Made by a program: the position numbers and the translations under genes. This document shows, one piece after another, positions 38,300 to 56,414 of a DNA stretch of 64,000 nucleotides. A model generated the notes under the pieces. The model made no database searches. It saw nothing but the letters and a program-made list of their open reading frames with translations, and was not told the origin of the DNA. Source of the DNA: Lingula anatina (Eukaryota; Animalia; Brachiopoda); the NCBI GenBank assembly GCA_051362555.1, contig CM120640.1, positions 50,384,788 to 50,448,787 on the forward strand, read 5' to 3'. The first letter of the stretch is position 1; each line of letters starts with the position of its first letter.

Positions 38300-38875
38300 C
38301 CAGAGTTTTGTCTTCTCAAATCGGCCGATTGTGCTTCGAAAGGCTCAACAAATCGGTGCATCAACAAGTTTAGCACGTACTTTGTAATTTTTCATAGGCA
38401 CATTTAAGAAAAGAAAGCCAAGACATATATGTACTCGATTCAAATATTACTTTAATTGTACTGTGTGTAAAGGAGACAAAATGCCCCGTTGTTAACGTTT
38501 GGATGTTGCCCAATTGAAAATGTAATCGTAATCTGAATATAGAGGTTACCGGGTACGTGTAGTTACTGTAATGGGAAGAAAACCATCTTAGGGTTATTTC
38601 AAAGTGCCGAATTGCGAAGTTGAGTTGGATATTAATTTTTTGTTTTGAATACCAAGTGTCCATTTCACAGTTCACAAAAACTAATGGCAGAACTTTTCAG
38701 ACTTAAATTTGTAAGAGGCAGTGGTGCATACCAGGTAACTCTGAAAACAATTTAATTTGAAGTTCAGTGTGTTTATACATGTTTTTAATTTTTTATCGTG
38801 TTTTTGTATTACAACTTTCCAAATTATAACATTAATAAAGGTCTTACTATATTAATAGAGAAGACAAAACTCTGG
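38300..38875. mobile_element. MITE with TA TSD (Tc1/mariner-type) between the SELENOP and YIPF3 5' ends
   Basis: TA|CCAGAGTTTTGTCTTCTC ... GAGAAGACAAAACTCTGG|TA; perfect 18-bp TIRs. Confidence 0.75.
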
Positions 38876-39160
38876 TAGAGGAATATAGGCCTACGTTATG
38901 ACAAACGAGCCCTCACATACACTGTAGTCATAGGGGTGAAGGAGAAAGAAAGTAGATATTCCCTTCTTCTGAATTAATGAATGATGGAGGCTGATTGAAA
39001 TACCGAAAGAAAGACTAGAATTTGTGAGGAAACGCAAATAATATCAAGTGCCATAGAGTGCTATAACTATGTGATGTAGACTAGTATGTGATGCCTGCTT
39101 ATGCTTTCGGATTGGGCTCCTCTTGGACTCCCATGACACCTGTCATTGAAAGAAATCATC

Positions 39161-43248
<4,088 letters not shown>

Positions 43249-44489
43249 ATGTATGTGCCTTTTGTAACAATTGTTATAAAATATGTTCATTTATCTTACT
43301 TTGGTATACAGTGCAGATCTATGGTGATGGGGCTTTTTCATAGCTCAGCATTCTTGGGATTTCCTTTGTAGTATAATTTCTTTCAATCTTTTGATGAGCA
43401 GACTCACCTTGTCTGTACATATAGCCATCACCTGTGTCTGTCATCAATGTCATCATAGTCGCCATGCTTTTTCAAAACAGATAACACTAAAAATGGAAAA
43501 CCATTTTATCTTTTCTGTTCAAATTTACAGAACAAATAAATATTCATAAAATACAGCTTTATTTAAAAAGCAGCTTGATCAGGCCATGTTTTCAAAGTTA
43601 TGCTTATTTCTGCACATATGCAATACAGGTAACACACTTAGGAAAACCGTTCCACCTATTGTTTTCAAACTTGCAGTACTGATGTATAAGACTGAAATAC
43701 AGGACAAGTTCAAAAATTGGCATTTTCAAGATGTGACTTTGAACTTCTACATGCCTGAAGACCTATGCTAGGCACATTTTCTGAATATCCATGATACTTA
43801 TATGTATATTATGAAATATCGGTGGTGATAATGCTGTTAAGAATTATGTAAAGTTGCAAAAAAACCTCTTGGGCATTGTTGCCATAATGACAATTAAAGG
43901 AAAACCATGTTACTTGTGATTTTCAAACTAAAAGAAAAGATTCTTAGGGCTGAAATAGAGCTTGAATTGGAAAACCAACTGGATTAGTTTTTTTTTTTTT
44001 TTTTTGTGAAATTTTCAATTTTCACATATTGGCATGTATAAGGTGGGACTTACAACTCCCACAGGCTTGAAGCCACAAGGTAGTCACATTTGCTGAATTT
44101 CCATGTTACGTATTGAAGATTATCAAAAATTGGTGGTGATTATGCTACTGTTCATTGTGTAGCATTGCAACAAAATTGACAAAAAAAAACAAACTATTCC
44201 TTGGATTGCCATCTTACACTTTGAAAGGAAAAACTGCATTACCTTTACTTTTACTTCCATGATTCTTAGGATTGACATACAGCTCATATTGGAAAACTAG
44301 CTTAATTAGATGATTTTTCTTGAACTTCTGCTTTTTTTTTTCAATTTTTGATATTTCCATTTTTTTATCCTGGCATTTTCGATGTGTGAATTTGAACTTT
44401 CATGGGCCTGAAGCCATATGCTAGTTACATATTCATAATAACAGTGTTACCTGTTGTGCATTAAAATTTGGTGTTAATTTTGCTATTAA

Positions 44490-44863
44490 AGGGATAATAA
44501 CTCTTCGTATGAGATCTATATTTCACAATAAAAACATTGTAAACAACTAATAGAAATAAAATATATTCTGTTTTACCAAAAAAAAAAAACAGCAGTTATA
44601 GCTATTATTCTGATATCTGAGCTTGTCATTGGACCACGTGACCTCCATAGATGGCTATACTCTGTTAAAATCTTTTAAGAGATTATAAAAAAAAACAAAC
44701 TTTTAAGGAAAAAAAAAAAAACAGAGACAAAAAAACTTTTAAGAAAAAAAAAATGGACTAACTTTGAATGTATAAATGGTTTCATTAACCATTGGTAAGT
44801 ATGGGAAAATTGTTTACTCCATGAAAATTCATTTTTTGGCCAAAACGAATAGTTATTATCCCT
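44490..44863. mobile_element. Non-autonomous TIR element with TTAA TSD; copy 2
   Basis: Same TIRs and internal sequence as 15944-16290, with expanded A-tracts. Confidence 0.85.
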
Positions 44864-46689
44864 TTAAGCATCATGTAATATTGTATCAAAATTGACCCAA
44901 TAAATATTTTGTGCATCATTATTTCCTGCTTTTTGGTTGCAGATTTACAGCTCATCTCTATAATTTCTCTTTGCACAATCATATCATTTTGCTACAATTT
45001 CAAACTGTTTTTGATTTCATTCTTCTTTTCTGCACTTGTGTTTTCTTCAGTAGCTGGCATTTGACAGTTGATAGCCTTTCGCTAAGTTATGATGTATTTT
45101 ACTTGTGTGTTTTCTTTAAGGTTAGCTTAACTGTATTCATGTCTTTTTTTTTTTTTTCTTTAATGGTGTAAAGTTGTGGCAAGCAATTTGTCTAAATTTT
45201 AATTATTTGTGATATTTTGTTAGTATAATTGTATTTTCAAATCTTAAATTGTAAACATAGTTCATTGCAGTATGATTAGGAAACCAGTCATTGTTGACTA
45301 ATTGTACTCAAAACTCCTCTACTTTTTTTGCATAAAAGCTACTGTAACTTTTTATAAACTGACCATTTTTCTATCAATTCCTTCAGGCCACTAGAAAGTG
45401 AACTGGTATCAACTGAGGCATCTACCAGTACTATAACCAGACATAACCTTCGTTGCAAAATCATGGAATTCAGATATTTTTAATTCAACCGTGATGCCTG
45501 CCTCTGGAGCCCTGTTGGAATGAGCATTTGGTGCCACGATAAATGCAATGTTAAGACATGATATAAAAAAAACATTGATGGATGTGACTGTAATATATCA
45601 TGAAAACAGTACCTTCACAATTTTCTATCACATTTTATCACAATTAAAATGCCTTTTTGTACATGTGTCATGTAGATGTACCATTTCTCTTCTGTAAATA
45701 GAGATGTGTAGAATGGAACATTAGGGAGGAAAATGATTTTAAATTCTTGTATTTAGTTTTGTTCAAAGGTGTATATTTTGACATTAATTTGAGGAAACAT
45801 TTCCTTGACTGTAAATAAAGGGAATCCAGGGATTTTTGTAAAACACAAAGGTTGCAGTTTTGTAATTAAGGGGAAATGATAGAATCTACTTCAGTATTTC
45901 TCTGAAAGAAACATGCCTGAAAACTTAACCTAACAACATACATGCATACCCAAACTTCTTTACACATGTAATAAAGCTCTTTTGCATTTTTATACATATG
46001 TAAGGATTTCAAGGTATTATCAGTTGTATAGCACTGTAAAACTTTGCTATTGATGACATTTTTCATAATTTTACTGACATCCAGCCAATTAAAGGTGTTA
46101 AAAGGGTCAACTTAGTTGCATATTTTTAAGAAGTAAAATGTGTCATTGTGCACACTTAAATTATTGTGGTAATTTTATTTAATTTTGTTGAGAAAAGAAT
46201 GGGTATTAGGAACATGTATTGCTTTTTTTGGTTGTACGTACCATAGAATAAAGCTTAAACTAAATAGTATTTTTTTTTTTTTTGTCTTGTTTTGTTTTGT
46301 TTTTATTACTGATCCACAGAAACCTCACTGAATCTGTAGTATGGGTCTGACCGTCTTCACAAAGAAATATATTTCTCATTCCTACAACCACGCAGGTCGG
46401 AGGTTTTGGATTGTGTTAGTTGTTCCAAATTGGGTGGAAGATAGTGGAAGATCCGTTTATATTGGGCTGGAGAAAGTAAACAGTCTTTGTAACGCCCTCT
46501 ATGATTGGACACTGATATTTTGCCTTTACTTTCCTAAAGTTTAATAGTGATATGAAAGCAAATTATTCATCAACAAGTATTCGTGCATCGCTTTTGCAAC
46601 TCATATCAAACTTCTTTAGTAGACACTTTTTTTTCAGGAAGGAAGTTGAGTAATTTAAAGAATTGTTCTTTTCAAGAGAGCGGTTGTGG

Positions 46690-46798
46690 TTCCCAACCAA
46701 TCACAACACGTGAAATAAAGAGGGGAAACCCACCCATCCGGCCATTTTGAATCGATCCTCCAAAAGAAAACAGAGGCGACAAGTGGCTGCGCTGACAG
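46690..46798 (+). promoter_or_regulatory. Probable PACSIN promoter and non-coding first exon
   Basis: Local CpG rise, CCAAT at ~46697, GCCATTTTG (YY1-like) at 46741, donor CAG|GTAAGT at 46798/46799. The link to PACSIN is inferred. Confidence 0.5.
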
Positions 46799-49700
46799 GT
46801 AAGTCTTTTACAAAGTTGATTTTTTACTCTGATTGTCTTTCGTACCACATGGCGGTATTTTTTGATACATTATAGATTTAACTGAAATGAAAGAACGTTA
46901 TATGTAATTGAAAAATGCAGGGTATTTTTTAATAGGGTGACAGGTGAGTTTTCTGGACCTGCCTCATCTTGTGACCCCTCCCCAAGGTAGATGACCGGTA
47001 AGCCTTGGCGACGTGATTCACGGGCGTTAACTGTTCATCTTTGAATTAGCAGTTCAAAGTATAATCCAGAGTTATGGTTGCGCATGTTCTCATAAGTCTC
47101 ACACAGTCTGTTATGTTCCAATGCATAACCATTTTTCAAAAAGTCAGTGTGATAACATTTTAAAGACGCGATTGTAACAGATGGAACAATGGTTGAGACT
47201 GTCATCCTTTTTAAATACTAAGAAATAGAGCAATCGTGTTAAATAGCAGTCTTAGAATAAAAGAAAACTAATGTTAAGAATAGAATTGTGTAATGCGAAT
47301 AAAGAAAAAAATTAGTATGGTTGTAAGACGGTGAGACACATGGGTCGTGTGAAATTTCCTAAAAGTAATGCTGTCCGAAGGCAGAGATGGTTTGGCTTGA
47401 TATTTGCAAACATCTGGCTAAGTGCTTGGCTAGAAAGTGTGGCTCTATAGAAAATGTACCCGATATCTTACTAGTGAGTTACAGAGCATTTTTTGTTACT
47501 CTGGTTTTGTAAGATATTTAATGCAATGTCATTACATTTCCTGGTTATCCAAATTTGTTGTGGTACTGAATGATGTGGAGTTCTTACAAATTTATAAATA
47601 TACTATTTCAGTACCACAGTTATGTCCAGTGGCCTAAGCTGAGTAAATGGTAACATACTTTCCTTGCAGTTGCATTTCACATAAAGTGTACATTTCAAGT
47701 AGAAGTGTACATTTTGAGCAGGGAATATCAGTTTCTATTTTCATTACATAGGAAGGTGCCTAAGAGCATAAGCTGTTATAAATAAGGCACAGGCTGTCCT
47801 GTATAAATATGAAGATTTAATACAAAGAAAGACCAGGATACTGTCCTTTTAAGTAACATGTTAACAGGTGGCTTATATCGAAAGAATAAAGGCAAAACCA
47901 ATAAAAGATTGAAGTATTTTCATAACGGTTTCTTTTATCTTGACATGTACACTGTAGCACCGTTTGTGGAATTTCAGTGTACCCATCGTCTCTTGGTCAG
48001 TTTTGTAAAATTGCTATTGATCTCCCAAGAGAATGGGTTCCTTGCCAGTGATTAAATACAAGCCATCGATCACCTGTGGGTAATGTTACCAATGTGCTTA
48101 TAGCTTGGTCAATACTTACCCAGGGTACATATTGATTTTCAAAGGAAGAACTGCCAAGGTACTTGATTTCATCAATTTAGTTTGTTTGCTGTTTCCCCAG
48201 AGAAAATTTGTTGTTACTGGGATAACACATTTTGAATTTGTACAGATTTAGATTTAGAAATTTCATTTTTGAAAATTGTCTTAAAATAGTGAATAATTCC
48301 TCATTTACACAAAGGTTTAAATAGGAAAAATTTTGTTATTTGGATTCAGTAAACCATTTAGTCAGAAACTTTGCTTACCATATATCTATCCATTTAATGG
48401 TGTCTGGCATTATGCAAATCAAGTTAAAATAGGAAGTTAAGTGAAAATTATTAAGAAATTAAGATAGACCTTAAGCTTGAATGCAGTCATGCTTCACTAA
48501 GGTATGAACTTCAAGTGATGTGAAAGTAAATGGGAATAAGGAATTAAGATGTGCTTAGTTAAGTTTGAGAATGGCAGGAAAATTTGATAATTAACCAGGC
48601 ACCAGTGGTCCGCTAGTAGATTTTGATCCATATGAAAATGTAACATCCATGTCCTGATTTCCATGTAGCAATACTTCACTTGCCTATTTATTGCCTTAAT
48701 TAAAGGATTTTATTACATTGAATTACAAAAATTATCGATAGATTTTCCCCAGAAGATTCACTAAATGAATGAAGTTGATGTATCTTCTCTTTGGCAATGA
48801 GCAGAGTCATTAAATTTATTGAACCAATTGATCCAGCTAAGAAAGGAGAGAGGAAGGCATGCACAGAGTTGATTTCTTTAAGATGGTGCGGTTCTTAACT
48901 AAAAACAATATCATATTGTTTGTTGCCATGGTCAGTAGAATTCATAGTCCCTCTTTGACAAGTTTGTGCTGACTTATTAGACCTATGAAATGCTTATTAC
49001 ATTATCCTTTTAAAGAATAACTTTGAAGTATTATAGTAGTTATTCAAGTATGCATTGGCATTCTGCAAAAAGCGGTATATTTTTGTAAAGATTTTTAAAT
49101 GTATTTTCACACACACACAAACACACACAAACACACACACACACACACACACACTGTTTATATGACATGTATAGCTTCCATTTCACCTATTGTTAATTAT
49201 CACTCTTTAAAATCTCTTGAAAAATTATCTGCTGGTTGTTTTTGGGTGAAGGCTATATATCTTAATAAACTTCTCATGACTTGTATCTTAATTATCTGCC
49301 TCTCTGGGACGACTGTTGAATGACCCAAGGTGTCGGTTGCAATGATGTATGTACATGATAATGACAGAAGTAGAATTGTTGTGGCATTCCTGCCTAGCAT
49401 GATGCACTACATTAGGCTAGCTTTTTGGCAGTGTAATGGGCGATTCATGCAAGTTGTAAAAGGACCATTTGTGAAATAAATGTCACACCAATTACCAAAC
49501 TTACTATTTAGATTACTTGAAATTTGACTTTTTGGTGGAAAAAAATTGACCTAGGCAACTGATGGTTTTGGGTAGTGTTAAATTTTAGCTGTTTACTAGT
49601 CCTCTCAGATGTTCAAGTTGGGAAGCTGACAATATCAAAACCCCTAGCTTCCTTATTAAAGTCTTATATTTTCACACACATTTCTTGTGAAGGCAAGCTC

Positions 49701-50464
49701 AAATTAAAGGGAGCTTTCCTACTTAGTAATCAGTGCTAGCTTTTCAAAGTGAGTACCATCGCTAGCATGTACTTGACTTGCCATAAGTATAGGCTTAACA
49801 CTAAAGTGGCCACTAGGCTTATCTTTGATTTTGTCAGTCGAGTTCCAGTCACAAGTTTAATCATTTATTACCTTGTCTAATTCAAACCTAGGATCCAAAA
49901 TAAAGAGGATAAGACAGTGGCTCAAACTTCAAAGGGAGTCTCCCGCGGCGCGCGTCTCATGATGCCTTCGGGTTGGTACGGCGAGCCTCGTTTTCAAATG
50001 ACCAGGTAGCTTGTCTACGGCAGAGTGAAACGAAGGTCCCGCTTTAGTCGCGTTTTTTTCATTGTATCCGGAGAATTTCGTCAAAAGACAAGAGGAGCTG
50101 ATTAAGGAATATGCAGTGAAGCACCGTGAGTATTTATATTGCAGTTTGTAGCTTCAATAGACAGTAATATCAATTTCAATATCCCCGTCCGTTAGATTTG
50201 CAAAGATGGCGGGCAAATTTACACTGCCGTGCATGTTTACGCTCTCGTTGTTATTTGGCGGATGCACTTTCCGAATATTTGTCAATGCAGAGTTATTCGG
50301 AGTACAGTTTTGATATGGCAACACCTTGTAATGTGGGAAACGAAATAAGTTGGATTGTAAAAAGAGCGTAGAAATAGTGCCCCCAACGCCAATAATGGCG
50401 GAGCGATAGTTCTGGGAGGTAGTTTACCTATACAAAAAAACTTTACATGGGACTGGCTTGCTAA

Positions 50465-50985
50465 TTTTAAACCCACATCTATATTGTACGTTTTATAACA
50501 AAAGACGTTACGATGGATATTAGTGGATTAGAGTTTTTATTCCAGAGATATCAAGGACTTAAATTGCCTAATCACTCTAAATTCAACATGGCCGAACGAT
50601 GTAATGCCGCGGGCCCCTTCTTTTAGATACAAATGCACACAATTATAACTGATATGTCTCATTTTAAACCTGCATCTATATTGTATGTTTTGGGACAAAA
50701 GACGTTACGATGGATATTAGTGGATTAGAGTTTTTATTCCAGAGATATCAAGGACTTAAATTGCCTAATCACTCTAAATTCAACATGGCCGAACGATGTA
50801 ACGCCGCGGACCCCTTCTTTTAGATACAAATGCACACAAATATAACTGATATGTCTCATTTTAAACCTGCATCTATATTGTATGTTTTGGGACAAAAGAC
50901 GTTACAATGGATATTAGTGGATTAGAGTTTTTATTCCAGAGATATCAAGGACTTAAATTGCCTAATCACTCTAATGTCAACCTGG
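50465..50985. repeat. 197-bp tandem repeat, about 2.6 copies, inside the TIR element
   Basis: GACGTTAC(G/A)ATGGATATTAGTGG at 50504, 50701, 50898. Confidence 0.93.
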
Positions 50986-51112
50986 CTGAATGGTAAAAAA
51001 CATGACCTTTTTCTTCATAAAAACATATGTTATTTATTTTTTAACAATGTGGTCCAGAGTTAGTATAACACTGACTGGTCGGGTACATAGTAATACATAT
51101 TTCTTTCCTCAG

Positions 51113-52078
51113 ATGCCAATTAAAAAGAGAAAGAAGATAGGCAAGAAGGTTAAGAATGCCCAGGCCAAGAAATATGGTAAATCAGCAAAGATTTCCAAAG
51201 ACACAACTACGTATCCAAGGACAAATGACAACAGTGGTAAAGGTTTTTGCATTGTGTATTATACAAATAACCAGGTGAATTTTATAAATGAAACAAAATG
51301 TTGCTGTTATATTCTTATTTAATCTGCCAGCTTGCAACCAGAGTCTTTAATTTTGGAATGCTGTGAATGTGGTGTATATTATTATTATCATCTTAGATGC
51401 CTGTAACATTAAGTTATTTATGATTATTATTAAAACTGGAGTTCTAAATGTTTCTTTCTTATGCAGAATGTGTCGTGTCACGTCAACAGTTCATTGACTC
51501 TGAGGATGACATGCCTTTGAGCAGTCTGAAAGATGTTTCTTCTGACAACTCAGAGACTCAACAGTCAAATGGTAAGTGATTGATACAATGGATTGGTTTA
51601 TTTTAATTAATAAAGTGGTTAACATTAATTTATTTGGTATTTTTAAAACTGGAGTTCTAAATGTTCCTTTCTTATGCAGAATGTGCAGTGTCAAGTCAAC
51701 AATCTAGTGAACCTGAGGATGACATGTCTTTAAGCAGCCTGAAGGATGTTTCTTCTGACAACTCAGAGACTCAACAGTCACATGGTGAGAATCTTATACA
51801 ATGAATTGCTTCGTTTTCATCTACTTTGTTCCCTACAACAATGAAATTCATGAAGTGTTAGTCAGTTACATTAGTTCACTTATGAATAATCTTAAGGTGC
51901 CATTTAAATAGTTTTATATTTAAGGATATTCTATAGAATTTTCCAGTGACACCTTTATAAATTTTATTGTTTCCAATAACACATATTTTCATTTTTCATT
52001 TAGGGTCCAGTATACCAACATTTTTTGACAGTCTGCAAACCTGTGCCACTGGGGATTGGCACTTCATGAAGGGTCCAT
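51113..52078 (+). CDS. Putative spliced transposon-borne ORF remnant (basic NLS-like exon and duplicated acidic exons)
   Basis: Phase-compatible exons 51113-51236 (MPIKKRKKIGKKVK...), 51467-51571 and 51680-51784 (105-nt duplicates, SEDDMPLSSLK / PEDDMSLSSLK) and from 52004 (SSIPTFFDSL...); canonical AG/GT sites. Confidence 0.5.
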
Positions 52079-55000
52079 GTAAAGTGCATCTTTACAAGAT
52101 GGTGTTCTTTTTTTTTAACTCTATAAGCCATGATTAATAGATAAATGGTGTTGTGGTGACAATTTTGTTGATCATAAATGAAATGTTTTGAAGTTTTTTG
52201 GGGTTTCAATTTGTTGATAAACTTAGATAAGTAAATGTGTACAGGTTACATTTAACAGGCTGCATCTTATTGGGAAATTACAGTGATGAATTGCATGAAC
52301 AAGTGAATTCGTTTAATAAACTTATTTGAACTGTACATCTGGATTTTTTTCACTTGGTGTTTAGGGGGAGAGAGAACTTTCAAGGGATATTAACTGTTCA
52401 TTTTGGCCAAAAAATGGCTTTTCCTGGGGTAAAGGACAATTAACCCGTGCTAACCAATGGTTTGTGAATTCATTCTGACATTCAAAGTTAGTCCCTGATT
52501 TTTTTTCTAAAAGTTTTCTTTTTGTAGTATTTTCTTAAGAGATTATTACAGAGTGCAGACATCTATGGAGAACACACAAAGTGATGGCAAGCATAGATTT
52601 CAGAATAATTTGATTAACCGCTGTTGTTGTGGTATAATAGCATTTATTTTATTTCTATGATCAATGCATTCATTGTGAAATTTGGATCTCTTAGACAGTT
52701 AAATGACAGTACAACGCAACAGAAAAATGCAACAAACCCAATGTCTATTCAATCTATCAAATTACACAAGAAATCTGAGTTGAGTGTAAAAAGAGTGCTA
52801 AAGAATTTCCTTTACAAGATGCAGTAACTATTTACTAACAAATCATCTACTTAACACGCCCTAAATAATTTCCAATTTTTAAGTCACCAGCATTGTTGAA
52901 CATCATTGGTGAAATAGCTTATCTGTATGTTGTGATCTATTAAGTACGTTCTGTTAATTATCTAAAGTTTGTTTGTCACAGCGACACTCCGAGCTTGGCC
53001 TTCGCCGACAATTTGCTGTTATTGTCCTTCTTGGAATCTAACAAAAACATATTTTACGTACAATAATGTAACATGATACGAAGTGAACACTTCATGTCGC
53101 ATAGATAATTCAAAAATCGCCGGAACGACTGGCAAAACCAATGCACATTGTTATCTATTTCATGTCTGCGTGTTACAATTACCTGTTATAGCCCTTTTTT
53201 CTTCTTGTCTGAAAGCATGCTGTTCTTCATAATATTCCAGTGACAACTTTATTTTTTGTTAAACACAATATCAAAAAAGAACGTTATGGTATACAGACCC
53301 ATTTTTTAATACTTCCTGCAATATTTAACGTTAAAACATTTCACGAAATCAACCGCGTTTTGAAACTTACAACCAACATGGCGGACGGGAACGTAGCAAC
53401 CGCGAGAATATACGGTAATGTGCGATAACTGCCTGTGCACGCTTCGTTACGCTAGCCTGACCACACGCTGTCTAAGCTATCAAAACAGCTTAACTAGACA
53501 ATAGGGGAATGTTTACCCGAAGGTATCATGGTTCAAAGGCGATTTGCCGCTTTCTTATCCTCTTTATTTTGGATCCTAGTTCAAACTTCCTATTCCTATC
53601 AAGCCTATGTGTTACTACATCATATGACACTTGTTGAGTTCACTATAAACTGCACAATTATGGCATGTTGTATAATGAAAGGACAAGCTTGAAATTTTGA
53701 CATACAAATTATGCATTAAAAATTATGCCTATTAAGATGAATATCAAAAGAATCACCCTGATAATACCAAATGGAAATATGCTTTGCTGAGGAAATAGTA
53801 CCTTTATAGAGAAATAAAATCTAAAAAAATTACAAATGTGTTAAAATCTTAGCACTGATCAGAATATGACCTCAATCCTGTCCTTTACCAGTGCATAGGA
53901 AAACTGTCATTAAAGTGGAACTTCTCTCGGAGTCTGCCACACTGCGCCAATAGGTCTATAGAGAACAGAGCGCTGTCTACAAGAGGGCCATATTTTTCTT
54001 ACCCAGTACTTGGAGACTGGGACAGCAGGCACTGATAAGTGGGAGTGCATGATAGAACTCCATCAGCTTTCTAAAGGGGTCATCATGAGATTCTTCATCT
54101 TGCACTTACCTTTGTTCAAAATGTAAGAAAGTGCATTTTTTAGTTATGTTGCTTGTAAAATGGACCAAACCCATCTGGACAGTGATTTTTCATATGTGAA
54201 ACATTTGTTGTCTAGATTATCATAAAAGAACAAAGTAGGTGATACAGTTTTGTTGTTCTCTATGCATTGAGATGAAATTTATTCTGTACATTAAGTGTTG
54301 GAAATGTATTATCATTATTCATTGTAATTTTTTTTCTAACTCGAGATAACTTCAGCTACTGTCTATCAGATCTTAGTTTTATTTTAGTGTCACTAGGCTT
54401 GAGAGAATTGTTTTAGATACTTTAAAAAAAATCCAAGATGGTTATCACCTATCTGATATGTAACATTATGTTATCTGGCCTGATCAGTATGGCCTGCTGT
54501 TACTATTTGTGTTTACAGATGTGGGCTATGCTGAATATGAAATGAGTAAAACTTGTAGTGAGGAGTTTTTATTCATTTCAAGATAGCTTGGTGTCTTCAC
54601 CAGTTTCCTCTGTCAGAGTGCATGTCAAGTCCTCATCACCTATAATTATGGCTTTCAGTTTGATGACTCTTCTTCACACTGGGAGTTGTCAGGTCATTTA
54701 TTGAGATGGTCATTTATCCTAATTATATATACCGTGGTCAGAGTTTACGTCATGGAAACAAAATTGTACTTGTATTTACAAAGTTTTACATTACTGGGTT
54801 AATTTGAAGTTACATTTTATTTAATAATGTGACGGTCACCTCCATTTGTTTGCAGATAAAGCATCTGGTAAAAACTAAATTGAATGTCATTAATCATGAA
54901 AATGATAATTTCTGTCTACATGAAATTTTGATAACCAGCTTGTTTGTTTTCATAAAACTGCTAAGTATATATCTGACATTGCTTTATTTAAATCCATAGT

Positions 55001-56336
55001 TTCATTGCCTGTACAAGTGAAGGTATTGGTCTGGACTACAAAGGATACCATTTAGGTGTGTGAGAAGTGTGATTCACCCAGGAGTCACACCCTACTATTT
55101 AGGGGATTATGGACTGTAGGTAAACCCTTCATATGCATGTTGTGTTTATCAATATTACTCCTACCTGCAGTATTTCCTTACCAGCAATGTCAGCAAAGAA
55201 TAGAGGCATTCAGGCAGAAAGAATGTTATTGTTCTGTGGAATTTGATTGGGTTGAAAGCGGACGAGCTTATTAAGGTTACAGAGAAGTGAAAAGTTGCTT
55301 TTCTTATTGTACCAGTTGATAAATTAGTGTGGATTTCGTAGTACTGGATTCATCAGGTAGCTTTGTCAACCATTTGTATGCACAGGGTAAGTTGTGTTCG
55401 GCCAAACATTATGTGATTATTTGTTTTAATGTCAAACATTTAACCATACTTCTGTTGGTTTTTAAGTTGAGCCATTTTGTACAAAAATCAATATTATTAT
55501 TTGCATTCAGTTCCTTTGTTTGCAAATATTGTTGTCTGCATAACAGTTGTTAAGTACACAATTTATTAAAAAATATAAAGTACATAATTGTATACTTTTT
55601 CTGTGTTATGGTCATTGCTGTGTACATTCCTTAACGGAATTTATAATAATATTTCTTACTTGAAACTTTCAGTGAAAATTGATAATGATTATTTTTAAAA
55701 CATCTTGGAAAGTGATTAAAGATTTTGGTCGAAAAGAATGTTTTGATTTTCACTAAGAGCTAATTCTTTAAAAAAGAAAAAAATTGGAATATTAAGTATT
55801 TTGAAATTTGTGGTTTATTACTGTAGTCAGATACATGTATGTAGGTTTTTTTTTTTTTTTTTTTTTTTTTGCATATAATGGGCTAATTATTTCACCTTGT
55901 GTTACAAAAGACCCTACTGTTTTAGGATAGGCAAAAAAAAAAGGTAGGAATCCTGCATATAATGGATAATTGTGAGAAGACCTTTATGTGTGACACAGTG
56001 TCTGGATATTTATGTTGTACTGGAATAAGGACACTCATGATCTGTCATTCATTTGAGCATCTGTTGTATGCAGTTGATGGTCCAATTATGAAAATAATTT
56101 ATGCACATTGGGTAGACGAGAATATGGGCTGGTAAGAGTGCACATGCACATTTGTGTGCAATTTTCAAGTAAGGTGTGAGTAAAGGTATTTTTCTATCAT
56201 TGCCCATTAGTCTAAGGCTAATTTTTACATTGACCTTTGGTACATTTTACCTTATTTTTATGCATGCCTCAGTAAATGTCACATTAAGCAGGATTTGTAT
56301 GCATGTTATCATGTCTATCTAACTGCAAAAATGTGG

Positions 56337-56340
<4 letters not shown>

Positions 56341-56414
<74 letters not shown>
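56341..56414. repeat. (TA)n microsatellite followed by poly-T
   Basis: Read directly. Other microsatellites: (GA)n ~8288-8312, (TA)n ~9490-9511, (CA)n ~49109-49153. Confidence 0.95.

Larger units (their letters stand above)
49888..53579. mobile_element. 3.7-kb TIR DNA transposon derivative, 27-bp perfect TIRs, 7-bp TSD TTCAAAC
   Basis: TTCAAAC|CTAGGATCCAAAATAAAGAGGATAAGA ... TCTTATCCTCTTTATTTTGGATCCTAG|TTCAAAC. No recognisable transposase ORF. Confidence 0.9.
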
